A stretch of 63,612 nucleotides of DNA, counting the filler, from Octopus bimaculoides (lineage: Eukaryota): assembly GCF_001194135.2 (NCBI RefSeq). It is 5 parts of 4 records of this genome, joined end to end, with 100 filler letters (N's around TTAATTAATTAA, not from the genome) between each part and the next. Parts side by side here need not be neighbours in the genome. Positions count along the whole stretch, not along the records: positions 1 to 12,421 come from NC_068991.1; positions 12,522 to 43,567 come from NC_068990.1; 3 more parts are not named here. One strand, given 5' to 3'. The notes beneath the pieces were generated by a model. The model saw only the letters and a list, made by a program, of their open reading frames with translations. It had not been told where the DNA came from and searched no databases. Of the stretch, positions 1 through 12,533 are shown in pieces; positions within the stretch are counted from its first letter, which is position 1; the number at the start of each line of letters is the position of its first letter. Position numbers and translations under genes: made by a program.

Positions 1-495
1 TGTACATGGCTTGCACAGCTCTCACTAACCATTCTTCTATCCCAAGTTTCCTCATTGATCACCAGATAAGGGATCGGGGGACCCTGTCAAAGGCTTTCTC
101 CATGTCAACGAAAGCCAGGTACAGAGGTTTATCCTTGGCTAGGTATTTCTCCTGCAGCTGTCTTACCAGAAATATAGCATCAGTGGTGCTTTTCCCTGGC
201 ACGAACCCAAACTGCATCTCATCTAAATTGATTCACTCCCTAATTAGTTGGGCTATGACCCTCTCAGTGACTTTCATTACCTGATCTATCAGCTTGATGC
301 CTCTGTAATTATTTGTATCTAAAGTGTCACCTTTACCTTTGTAGCAGTTGACTATGGTGCTGCTACACTAGTCATTGGGTATGACTCCTTTGTGTATCAC
401 CTGGTTCGCAATACGGGTGTCTAGGCTATAGCCGACACTGTCAGATATTTTGAGCATCTCTGCAGTGATTCCTGATGGGGCATCTCTGCAGTGAT
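1..495 (-). mobile_element. RTE-clade LINE reverse-transcriptase fragment
   Basis: Minus strand reads NYRGIKL...QFGFVPGKSTTDAIFLVRQLQEKY...AFVDMEKAFDRVPR with internal stops. Confidence 0.9.
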
Positions 496-1239
496 AAAAT
501 AATTAAATTGAAGTGAATTTATCATTTAATTAGATTATTTAATTGTTCAATTTATTGTTTTGGTTTCCATTTCTAATTTATATTTATATATACATCTTTT
601 AATATCCATCCTCCATGCTGGCCTGTGTTGGATGATTTCACAGGATCCAATGAGTCACAGAACTGCATCATATTCCAGAGTTTGTTTTGGTATGGTTTCT
701 CCACTTGGATTCCCTTCCTAAAGCCGACCACTTCACAGAGCTCTGGGTGCTATTTTTTTTTTTGTGGTACTAGCACTTGTGGGGTTGCCATTTAGCTTGC
801 TAGACTAAGATCCTTATCAGCTGAATGGGGCTATGATAAAGAAGAAGACAGGTTTATGTTACGTGATGAAAGGTTAAAGTATAAAGGAAGGGGCTTGAAC
901 AGATTTCTTACTGTGGAAAAGATACTTGGCTGCTCACATTGAACTCATTGACTACAACTTATTGTATGTATTAAAAATAATCAAACCTATATAATATTTG
1001 GGGAGTGATAAGCATAATTTTGTCATATTCCTGTTATTTTGGTATTTTATTTACATCCTCATACTCTCATTAAGAACTTACATCGTGTACATTTTTCAAT
1101 AATACCTGCAGTTGGAAAAGTTGAATATTCATACAAAACCGAAATGTTGTAATTATCACAAAGTTTAGTGAAACACTTTCTATCATTATTGATGACTTGA
1201 GTACTCGCGCGTGTGTGTGTGTCTTTTTTGGGTATATCC

Positions 1240-3850
1240 AATTCATCCCAGTATGGAAAACTGGTGTCGATGATGGCAAGGTGATGTAGCTGTATGCACA
1301 ATATATCATCCGCCGAATACCACAAAATATGATGGAAAATTTGAGGATAGCCTCAAACACATGGAAGAGGTATTAACAAACCTAGATCAGAACATCAACA
1401 TATTTTTCTTGGGTGACTTCAACCTCCCACATGTTAAATGGCCAGAAGATCACATTCTTTATAGGATGTCACATGAGCAAAAGCATGTAGAGTCATTAAT
1501 TGAAATTTTTAATATGTTGTTCATGGAACAAGTGATACTCCAGCTAACCAGGGAAAACAATATGTTGGACCTCTGCTTCACAAATAATGTGGACTTTATC
1601 TATAATGTGAAGGTGACACCAACAGCACTCTTATATCACAACATTGTTGGACTACTTATGGTCCTAAGCAAACTGTTGGTATCTACCCTATCAGGAGGAC
1701 TCAAGTCTTATCCAACCTGAATTTCTACAAAGCAAAATGGGAATCAATCCGCAAAGGGATCCACAAATAAAACTGGTTCAATATTCTATGTATGCAAGAC
1801 ATTGACTTGGAACTCAGCCAGTTTATGTTAATAGTGCAAACTATATACCCCCAAAAGAAAGGTCAGCATACTAATAAACAAAATTCCCAGGGACAGAAAA
1901 ATCCTTACGAGATGCAGGTCAAAGGTTTCAAGAGGTTGAATAGACAACTGAAGGATAGAGAGAAGTCTATTTTAATATGGACACTCCTAGAAATCAAAAC
2001 CAAGATCAAACTCTCTCATGAAAAAGAAAGAGCAGAGAGAGAAGAGAGCTGTCGAAAGCATAAAAACAAATCCCAAAGCTTTCTAGAAATTCACAAAGGA
2101 AACAGCCACAATACAATATAAAATAGGACCATTGTTCCAAGGGAATGACTCACTGACTGCGGATCCAGGAAGGGTAAGTGAGATACTCAGTGAACAATTT
2201 AAAAGTGTCTTGGACACATGCATATAAAAAATCCGGCTGAATTCTTTAATATTGCAGCTCTAAAAAAGGAGGCACCAGCCATCGATTACATCAACATTGA
2301 GGAAACAGATGTAACAGCAGCCATAGATGAAATTAGCTCATGCTCCACAACTGGTCCTGATGGCTTCCCAGCTATTCTCCTGAAGTCATGCAAGAAGGCT
2401 TTAGCGAAACCACTTCAGATACTTTTCCAAAGTTTCCTTGTAAGTGGTAAATTTCCTAAAAAGCTGAAAGAAGGCATTATATGCCCTATCCACAAAGGTG
2501 GAAGCAGAGCAGAAGCCAAAAACTATATGCCAATCTCTCTGACTTCACATATCAGAAAAGTCATGGAGCGAATCATCAGATAATGTTGATAATGTTCCTA
2601 GAAGAAAATGACCTACTGAACAATACTCAGCATGACTTTCATTCAGGGAGAAGCTGCCTCAAACAACTCATACAGCACTATGACTGGGTTTTGAAACAGC
2701 TGCTTGACTATTCAGATGTCAGCATTGTATACCTTAATCTTACAAAGGCATTTGGTAAGGTAGATCAAAGTGTTACATGTCATAAGCTACAAGACCTTGG
2801 CATTGCTGGTAAACTGGGAGAGTGGCTGCATGACTTCCTTAAAGACAGAAGTTAGGTAGTTGCAGTCAATGGTACCCTTTCTGAAGAAACTCAAATCCTA
2901 AGTGGTGTTCCCCAGGGAGCTGTTCTGGGGCCATTACTGTTCATGATAGCCCTCTTAGACATGTACAGTCACTTGGACAGCTATTGTCACTAGCTATGCC
3001 AATGATACAAAATTATCGCAGGCAATAAAAAATCAAGATGACGTCACATGCTTACAGCGGGACCTGAATTCAATATGCAGTTTAATGCTGGGAAATTTCA
3101 AGCCCTGCACTATCAATTCACAAATGCACTACAGCCTGCATATACAGGACCTAAAGGCACTACAATCCCAGAATCACTGGCAGTGAAAGACTTGGGGATC
3201 AGTATGTGCAATGATGCATCATTTTATATGCACATTACCAAGGTGGCAGCAAAGTGCAAACAACTGGCAGGATGGATAATGAGGTCCTTCAAGACAAGAG
3301 ACTAAGAAACTATGTTGACCCTGTGGAGACCCTTTGTTCTCAGCCGCCTGGACTACTACTCCTGGTTATTGTCACCACATAGTGCCAAACTAACACCACT
3401 ACACTAAAAAGATTGAAACAGTGCAGTGGATGAGCTACAGGGATAGGCTGAGAAAACTGCATTTTTATTCCCTGGAATGAAGGTGTGAGAGATATGCAAT
3501 AATCTACATATGGAAAACTCTGGAAGGGCTAGTACCTAATTTCAGCATTGAGTGTTATACAAATGCCAGAAATGACTGCCATTGTATTGTACCAAAGGTG
3601 CCATCCACTCCATCTAAATTCAGGACCAGGTACTGCAATAGACTAGGGTTCAAAGGCCCACAGCTCTTCAATGCACTGCCATAAAAATTAAGAAATCTGC
3701 ATAAGGTGGAAGTAGATGTCATCAAAAAAGGAACTAGACATCCTCCTCCCCACAACACCGGATGAATCAACAGCCTAACATGAGGTGCAGGCAGGGGCAG
3801 CGGAATCAAACTCCCTTATACACCACATGGATCAACAGCTGGGACAAAGG
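1240..3850 (+). mobile_element. Degenerate CR1/L2-type LINE ORF2 (APE endonuclease plus RT)
   Basis: IYHPP, FLGDFNLP, NMLDLCFTN, GPDGFPA, NYMPISLTS, QHDFHSGRSC, SGVPQG-LGPLLF, YANDTK (YADD position); many stops and frameshifts. Confidence 0.9.
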
Positions 3851-4920
3851 CACATACAGGAGTGGTGATGTAAAACATCCCAGATTGAGGAAATCAGAAA
3901 GACCATGGTGGTGCTCCAGCATGACCACAGTCGCATGGCTCAAACAAGTAAAAGAGTATGATATATATATTTAATCATCAAATTTGTAGAAGTGTTAGTG
4001 CATCAGATAAAATGTTTTGCAGCATTTTTCCAACTCCTTACATTTTCAGTTCCCACTATTAAATGAACCACATCCAACACATAAACAGCATGAAATATAC
4101 AGACACCAACAAGCAAACATATACACACACTTACAACTGTTAAATGTGAATGGAACTTGGAAAATCCAGGCAAACACGGGATAAAGTAGTGAAGACCATC
4201 CTCCAGTTGTACCATATAGAGGTGATGACAAAGGACTGAGATGATTGATAATTCACTGAAATATGAGGTCTTTCTTATTTTCACTTTCTTGAACTATGAG
4301 AGTTCTCATCACTGCCATCTTTATCTCTTTTTCCAGCTCACTCCCACACACCCATATGTAATGCAAAGTAGCCAGTATCTCCTCTATAGCAAGACACCTC
4401 TATCATATTTTATCCTCTTAACATTTGGCATAAAACTACCTCCCTTTCTACTACACCCCCACTCACTCAAGGCAGCTTTTTTGTCTTGCAAGTTACTTGT
4501 CAGTTCCATGAAAAGAAACATCCTCTCCACTCTGTAAAGTGGTGGGTATTAAAAAATGCATTCAACCTTAGAATCCAAGCCAAAGCAGTCACTGGAGCTT
4601 GGCACAGTCCTTCAGCTTGTCAGATCCTGTTGACCTGTGTAACTTGGAAGTTAAATGATGATGGTGATGGTGGTGGTGGTGATGATGATGATGAAGCAGT
4701 AGCATATACATATATACGTATGTACATTAGTACATACATACAATGCATAATAAGTGTAGGTATGACTGTGAGAGTAAGAAATTCACTTCACATGGTCTTG
4801 GGTTATCTCCCACTGACTGGTTACTTGGTATAACCCCAAACCAACAAGTACCTTGTGAATGAATTTTGAAAATTGAAACTATGTGAGTGTGTGTGTGTGT
4901 GTATATATGTGTCTACATTT

Positions 4921-5770
4921 TACTATTGCCAATAGTAACAAAGCTAAAGCACACAGAGTGAAGCTGCTTGGCACAGATTGACCTTGAACTCTGCTGTACA
5001 TGCACACAAAGTTTTAACATTCTAGCTCACTTCTGCTGTTTACAGCAGTGCTTGGAAGGAAGATGTGTAGTGTGCGATTGTCGCATTGCCTACGACAGGG
5101 AAAGTTGAGCAGAGAATTTGCATCAAATTTTGCCAAAATCTTGGCAATACCTGCTCAGAGGCCTACGCAAAGTTTTCAAAAAGTTTTCATTATTCTTGAC
5201 ACAATCAAGGAGATCTTGTACAACTGAAACTTGAGGTTATCTTTTTGGTCAGCTGAAAGCAGTTTTTGGCACAAACTTGGCAGACATGCATCTCATACCC
5301 CAATATTCAATGATAATGGACTGAACTGAATGATAACTAATCTGCATACCCTCTGATAACTCACAGATGGTGATTCATTAATTTCCCCTCACAGCTGCAT
5401 GCACATCTGCAATGTTTTCCTCAGATCTGCTCGTTGCAGGTCTCTCAGAACGTTCATCAATATCAACATTTTGTCAGCCATCTTAGAAACGTCTGAACCA
5501 CTCATACACTTGTGTGTGGCTCATACACTCCTCTTTATACACTTCCTGCAACTTTGCATAAACCTCTGAACAGGTATCGCCATGATAACTTTCTCTGTCA
5601 TGGTCAATGCGACGATCACACTCTACACACCTTCCTTCTAAGCACTGCTGTAAACAGAGTAAGTGAGCTAGAGTTCAAGGTCAATGTGTGCCAAGCGGCT
5701 TCACTCTACATGCTTTAGCTTCATTACTGTGGCAACAGTCTGGATGCTTATTTGATCAGACCTCGCATGT
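4921..5770. mobile_element. Two facing mariner-type transposon 5' fragments (+ 4921-5185; - about 5190-5770)
   Basis: + strand EQRICIKFCQNLG; - strand VYEWFRRF...DERSERP...ITICELSEG helix-turn-helix region; TIR-like CGAGGTCTGATCAAATAAG on - strand near 5750-5768. Confidence 0.75.
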
Positions 5771-6296
5771 GTATCTGTGTTTTGAACATTTGTGCTTCTC
5801 TAAAGAGTATTGAGCTACACACATTGACTTTGTTGTCATTTTTCTTTTTCCTCATGCTTTTGATGGAATAAGAGAACCCTGACTTCAAAAATAAATAGTT
5901 CAGTGATACTTCAATGATATATTCATGTAATCCACAATTGCATGGAGAAACAAGTATGAAGGAGCAGGTGTGTGTGTGTGTTAGTATTTTGCTTAGCTAG
6001 TTAGTTCATTTTGAAATTTTGCATTTCTAATATATTGTACTCTATTAGTTTTTAAATGTCATTTGTACTAGATGCAGATTACATAACGAGGCCTAGCCAT
6101 TGGTGTTATTATTTGAAATCTGTCCAACTTGATTGAAGTGTAATTATTTTGATTGAAGTGCTGAGATATTTTAAACATTCTGAGTGGAACTTTTGACTGA
6201 AGTGCTGAGATATTTTAAAGTAGAACTTTAATGTTGAGCAGAAAGATGAAGCCACTCCCTACTTTTATCACTTATCTAGTATTTTTTTTTATAGTA

Positions 6297-6642
6297 TTGT
6301 TTCATTACCTAAATATTGTGTGTTTATGTAAAGTTCTCACAAATAACATTGTTGATTGTATTTGTGAGAATATTTTTTCAAACAATTTCCTTTTTAGATG
6401 CTTTAAAGTTTGTTTCATACAGTCACTTATTGTTTTCATCTGTTTCTGATTGTATCCATATCTGTTAGAATGTTTCTGTGTGTTGAACCACATTAAAGCT
6501 TTGACCAGCCTGTCTTCTTTTCTGGCAAATTACATGCATCATTACTTCACTCAGTATATTCATCAGTTTGAAAGATTTGACAAATTGAATGATTACATAG
6601 AGTCTCCAGTACTTCATTGCCTCATACATGCTCTGTTTATAT
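6297..6642 (+). repeat. About 340-nt direct repeat, copy 1 (copy 2 at 7453-7795)
   Basis: Collinear copies, roughly 90% identical by eye. Confidence 0.85.
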
Positions 6643-9600
6643 CAGTAGTGGTACTTCAACATCTTCAATATCTTTGTCTTTCTTACTTTGTTGTTTTAGT
6701 TACAACAAAAAATATCAGTCGGCTAGTTGCACAAGAAATCTTGGAAATATAAAAGAATGCAAAGATCTAAAGAAAGTGCCTGCTTAATAGCCAATTCTTA
6801 AATAAAACAATTGTTTGTTGGGCTAAAGTTACATAACATGGTGTGAATAACATGGTAAGTTGTTGATTGTACCTTATCCTGTATAATGATGTGAATTTCA
6901 GGTAGCCTTTCTTGATATAAAAATATACTTAGGTGAAAGGAAAAAAGGAAGGGGTCATAAAAAAACTGTATGTTTTCTGAAAGTTGAAAAAATTTGAATG
7001 GAGAATTTTTACTGTTACAGAGTTGCATCAAACATCACAAACTCACTTATTGGTTCTTTAAAATAATAGCTCAAAAACAAAATCCTCAAGTGAAAATTTT
7101 GCTCACTGTTGGAAAAATTTTGTGCACATTTATCTTAATCAAATTTACTTCCATATTGAATGTATAACTAATGACCCTAACAATCTATCTAATCAGAGCT
7201 CACTACACTTAGGATTGAAATTTAGATGAATAAATAATCTGAAAGTCACTGAAGGCAATGACATTCTTTTATGCTCTCCCATCACTCACCTGTTTTATCT
7301 TTCATATCGACTTTTTTAACTTAACCAAGAGCAGTTTCTATGTATCATTACATTGTTGTAAAGTGCAATGATAGAATCTATCCAAATAGTACATTTAAAT
7401 AAATTCTTGCATTACTGTTTGTAGTGGGGGGNNNNNNNNNNGGGGGGGGGGTTGTGTTTCATTACCAAAATATTGTGTTTATGTGAAGTTCTCACAAATA
7501 ACATTGTTGATTGCATTTGTGAGAATATTTTTTCAAACAATTTTCTTTTTAGATACTTTAAAGTTTGTTTTATAGTCATTCATTGTTTTCATCTTTTTCT
7601 TACTGTGTCCATATCTGTTAGAATGTGTTTGTGTGTTGAACCACATTCAAGCTTTGACCAACCTGTCTTCTTTTCTGACAGATTACATGCATGATTACTT
7701 CATTCAGTATATTCATCAGTTTGAAAGATTTGGCAGATTGAATGATTACATAGAGTCTCCAGTACTCCATTGCCTCATACATGCTCTGTTTATACACATT
7801 GAAATTGGTCTTATGTTTGAAAGTTAGATATCAAAGATAGGGCTTTTATCAATATTTGCCTGCTTGTCACATAAGATGCACCCCTGTTTTACAAGTATAG
7901 TCTGTGGGAAAAAAAAACATATTTTGTACATGGCATCATATACTTCTTGAAAGATATTTTAAAGTAGTTTTGTAGGGTAAATGTATGATTTTGTGCATGT
8001 AAATATAATGCTGTGGCAGTATACAGGAATAAAGTATGAAATCATATATCTATCACAAATAAACAATACTATGGAAGTATCATATTTCAACTTTATCTTC
8101 TTTCAGATCAACTGTATAATTGTTTATATTTTAGTAAAAGAGAATTGCCATACTGGAAATAAAACTTTTACTGTGGTTTTTTGAGTAACTATGATTGGCC
8201 ACAGTTACAAAAAAAAAAAAAACTATGGTCGATCAGAGTTACACAAAAAATCACAGCCACAGTTATGTTGTCATCTATTCATTGGAAATAGTTGACAGGC
8301 AAATAAAAATTTAACATTCCTTTCATTTTTATAGAATATTTCATTTAGATTTTTTTTAATGTTTTTTTAATGATAAGAGAATCATTAAATAATGTAAGGC
8401 ATCAATTGGGTGTGAATTATGTATGCTGAGGAAGGAGGTATAATGAGATGATGTGACATCCCCATTTAACTGCCAATGTACTGTAAGCAACTTTTTGTAA
8501 GTTTGTGCCTACAATCTCTGATATTTCTTACTGTTTTATTATACTACTAATATTTTATTATTAGTAACAATTATTGTATTTACTGGACATATGCTCTTCC
8601 AGTTCCCTATTCTAAGGTGCTCAGACTCCCATCCATCATATGGCTGTTTTAGATGCTAGACAATTTTTGGATACATTGAAAAATAATAGAAGCATATCTT
8701 ACTCACCAGTAAATATGGTATATAATGATGTTACTCTTAAGTTTTTGTTCATGTTTTTAGAATTAAAATATTCCTGCTTATATTGATAAATCATGTAGCA
8801 CTTATGTGCTTCTTCAGTTATAAAAACTTTAATTCAATTAAATTTTAATTCATTTCCATTATTCAACAAGCATAAAAATTTATATGTTATTAACATACTT
8901 GCTTAATCTTTTTAACAAAAGTGGAATCCATTTTAATTAATTTTTTTATCTATTATAGCACAGATTTGGAGCAGATCTCCAACATGAGTTACTGCCAAAT
9001 TTAAAAAGAGAACTCAGCACTGTCGCATCAACAAATTGTGGGAAAGTTGCATACATTTTTGTCAAAAGACTACAGGGAGAAGTGCTGAAAATACTTCAAT
9101 GAAAAGACAAAGAAAACATATTCTGTTATTCTTTTAGTGGTTTCCATAATTTGACTGCAGCCAAGTTTTGTATTTAATCAAATCAACCTCAGTACTATTT
9201 TATGAAAAGTTTAAGTTTCCATTTTTGGCAACACACCATTTAACACACCATTTAACAAATGTAAACATAAATATACATGAACATAGACACACACAAATAC
9301 ATATATTTATATATATCTTACTATCATCAATTGTCATCTAATAGTCTACCACCTTCTCTCTCACTCTCTCTTCCTTTACTCTCTCTTCTTTCACTTTCTT
9401 ACTCCCACCACAACAATTCTATTACTTCACTATAATTCTTTTGTCTCTTTCAACTGGAGATGAGACAATTCTCTGATGCAAGTGAACAAAGAAAGACAAT
9501 ATGCGAGGAGGTACCCAAAAGTAACCCGAAACTGCATCATCTGCATAAAAAACATCTCTTGTATTAGAAAATATCTAGAGAGATGTAACCAAGATTTCAT

Positions 9601-11619
9601 GTTACCATCAAAGCCACAGAATGGAATATTGGAAATTTGAGAACTAAAGAGGTTGTCCTTAATTAAAACTTGCCTCCAGTCATAGATAAGAATTGTGCAG
9701 TGATAATTATCTGAACCTACCAATCTGTCCATGTCACATCACCCTCATCTTCCCATATGTCTGTGCAGATTAGAGCTATGCCTAGTCTCTATTTTGTTTT
9801 CATAAGGGCTTTTAAGCTAAAATATCATAATATAAGGTAAAAGTGTAAATATTTGTTTTCACTCCTGTATTTTTAACATACATTATAGTAACTTTTAATA
9901 TCACTTTGAAGTCTATTTAATAACCTTTTAAACAAATTAAACTCCCTAATATTTATGTATATTTTAATAGGAATTAAAAAGATATAATCAATTCATTGAG
10001 TTGAAATATTTTTAAAGGCATTTTATATTCATTTTTGGATTTTGGATTTGGTTTGCAAGATTCTTTATGTGAGTTTGTGTGTTGAAGCATATTCTGTTGT
10101 GTCAGAGGAGAGTCATTTTCTTTTAGTGCTTTATAATTTAACACACTCACTGGTAAAATTTCCACTCATTTACTTTTTTATTTTTCTAAACTTTTTGTTG
10201 CGTCTTGCATGAAAAGGTTGCAAGACGCAACAAAAAGTTTNNNNNNNNNNNNNNNNNNNNNNNNNNNNNNNNNNNNNNNNNNNNNNNNNNNNNNNNNNNN
10301 NNNNNNNNNNNNNNNNNNNNNNNNNNNNNNNNNNNNNNNNNNNNNNNNNNNNNNNNNNNNNNNNNNNNNNNNNNNNNNNNNNNNNNNNNNNNNNNNNNNN
10401 NNNNNNNNNNNNNNNNNNNNNNNNNNNNNNNNNNNNNNNNNNNNNNNNNNNNNNNNNNNNNNNNNNNNNNNNNNNNNNNNNNNNNNNNNNNNNNNNNNNN
10501 NNNNNNNNNNNNNNNNNNNNNNNNNNNNNNNNNNNNNNNNNNNNNNNNNNNNNNNNNNNNNNNNNNNNNNNNNNNNNNNNNNNNNNNNNNNNNNNNNNNN
10601 NNNNNNNNNNNNNNNNNNNNNNNNNNNNNNNNNNNNNNNNNNNNNNNNNNNNNNNNNNNNNNNNNNNNNNNNNNNNNNNNNNNNNNNNNNNNNNNNNNNN
10701 NNNNNNNNNNNNNNNNNNNNNNNNNNNNNNNNNNNNNNNNNNNNNNNNNNNNNNNNNNNNNNNNNNNNNNNNNNNNNNNNNNNNNNNNNNNNNNNNNNNN
10801 NNNNNNNNNNNNNNNNNNNNNNNNNNNNNNNNNNNNNNNNNNNNNNNNNNNNNNNNNNNNNNNNNNNNNNNNNNNNNNNNNNNNNNNNNNNNNNNNNNNN
10901 NNNNNNNNNNNNNNNNNNNNNNNNNNNNNNNNNNNNNNNNNNNNNNNNNNNNNNNNNNNNNNNNNNNNNNNNNNNNNNNNNNNNNNNNNNNNNNNNNNNN
11001 NNNNNNNNNNNNNNNNNNNNNNNNNNNNNNNNNNNNNNNNNNNNNNNNNNNNNNNNNNNNNNNNNNNNNNNNNNNNNNNNNNNNNNNNNNNNNNNNNNNN
11101 NNNNNACAATGGAAGAGTTTAGTCAGAAAAGAAACAGTCCCTTATGTGCACTGTTTGAGCATAGCAGTATTGTTGGCAACTGAATGTAGAAAACTGTGTA
11201 GATTGTGAAAAAAAAAAAAAAATTGAGTTTAGCAAGCGTTGTTATGTGTGACATAAAAACAAAGTACACAGTAAATGTGGTAGTTCTATCAAAAGGTGGG
11301 GTCATTATATTGAACCATCAATATTATTTGGCGTAGGTTATTTTCAAGAAAGTCAATCAGGTGATATGAGTCTTGGAATTGTATTCCAATGTAGGTCTCA
11401 GCCTGTAGGAAATAAAGCTAATCAAATATATAGTTTGGACTATTGAAACTATCTATTAACATCACCTGAAAGTAAAAGAATTGGGAAATGGGTACCACAG
11501 GGATTGATTGGAGTTTAGAAATTGCAACACTTGAGAAATTAATTATCACTTGTAGTTAAAATTAAATCAGAATCTTTTAATACAGTTCTATATTTGAGAG
11601 GTGAGGAATTATGTATCAT

Positions 11620-11849
11620 TTACATTATTTACATTTGACAGATATATATTCCTCATCTTCTTTGTTGTTAGCACAATGTTTTGGCTGATATACTCTCCAG
11701 CCTTCATCAGGTGTCTCGAAGAAATTTCGAACCTGGGTTCTCACTCCTAAGGTATTTCTCAATGTTATTATTATTCAGGTCACTGCCTGGAATTGAACTC
11801 AGAATCTTGGGGTTAGTAGCCTGCACTCTTAACCACAACGCCATATCCC
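11620..11849 (-). mobile_element. tRNA-like head joined to a hammerhead-like, Penelope pLTR-type segment
   Basis: Minus strand: A-box TGGCGTTGTGG and B-box GAGTTCAATTCC (11849-11775), then CTGATGA-A-GGCTG(n10)CAGCC-AAAAC (about 11710-11677). Confidence 0.55.
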
Positions 11850-11971
11850 TGTGGGCAATTATGGAGTGAATTGTAAATCTAATATTTTCCTATCCTTCCT
11901 TAATACCGGTTCCCATATGCTACTCATATCTGCACTCGGTCTGCTTAGGAGGTTATTATATCCTAGCATAT

Positions 11972-12110
11972 GTGTTGCTGCTTTTAGTTTTCCCATGCAG
12001 CTGTGATAGGTTATACAAAGGCGAAACATGCCACCACCTCAAAATAAGGGAAGAGGAACATCACAAAGCTGTGACACGAGGAGATACTGATAGATCCGGT
12101 ATAACTGATC
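11972..12110 (+). mobile_element. Penelope-like element GIY-YIG endonuclease fragment
   Basis: FPCSCDRLYKGETCHHLKIREEEHHKAVTRGDTDRSGITDH matches the pattern CxxxYxGETxxxLxxRxxEH. Confidence 0.75.
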
Positions 12111-12112
12111 AT

Positions 12113-12410
12113 CATCATCATCATCGTTTAACGTCCGCTTTCCATGCTACCATGGGTTGGACGATTTGACTGAGGACTGGTGAAACCGGATGGCAACACC
12201 AGGCTCCAATCCAATTTGGCAGAGTTTCTACAGCTGGATGCCCTTCCTAAGGCCAACCACTCAGAGAGTGTAGTGGGTGCTTTTACGTGTCACCCACACG
12301 AAAACGGCCACGCTCGAAATGGTGTCTTTTGTGTGCCAACCGCACAAGAGCCAGTCCAGGGGAACTGGCAACGATCTCGCTCGAAAACCCTACAAAGGCC
12401 AGTCAGGCAG
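12113..12410 (-). mobile_element. Non-autonomous retroposon with (GAT)n tail ('family B': AGGAAGGGCATCCAGCTGTAGAAAC...GTTAAACGATGATG)
   Basis: Near-identical core recurs at 12627-12900 (-), 22960-23300 (+), 24365-24740 (+), 63003-63190 (-); older copies near 600-770, 4500-4690, 16605-16745, 17590-17820, 25090-25260, 30390-30545, 33290-33495, 37160-37350, 40830-41010. Confidence 0.85.
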
Positions 12411-12421
12411 TATATATATAT

Positions 12422-12521
12422 NNNNNNNNNNNNNNNNNNNNNNNNNNNNNNNNNNNNNNNNNNNNTTAATTAATTAANNNNNNNNNNNNNNNNNNNNNNN
12501 NNNNNNNNNNNNNNNNNNNNN
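12422..12521. other. Artificial scaffold linker N44-TTAATTAATTAA-N44 (also 43568-43667, 58124-58223, 62413-62512)
   Basis: Identical 100-nt structure four times; the 12-mer gives stops in all six frames. Confidence 0.95.
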
Positions 12522-12533
12522 GAATGAGATGAA
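12522..12533 (+). CDS. IGF2R: Probable 3' tip of the preceding IGF2R exon, cut by the linker gap
   Basis: g AAT GAG ATG AA|GTAAGT directly after the Ns; phase 2 matches the exon at 14517 (N-E-M-K-VSKNVG). Confidence 0.45.

Noticed and set aside
8959-9102. + strand 47-codon frame after a TAG acceptor as an upstream IGF2R exon
   Set aside because: No MRH Cys/Trp pattern, ends in a stop, and lies on a different scaffold piece
9541-9575. VFYADD motif on the minus strand suggesting reverse transcriptase
   Set aside because: No other RT motifs at the expected spacing
10186-11183. ORFs of about 300 aa
   Set aside because: Almost entirely N gap (10241-11106). The same applies to X-filled ORFs near 44.5, 49.7, 56.8, 59.6 and 60.7 kb.
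11775-11849. tRNA gene (also considered at 22332-22405)
   Set aside because: A and B boxes are present but the acceptor and T stems pair poorly and the sequence continues into repeat bodies; these are SINE-type heads
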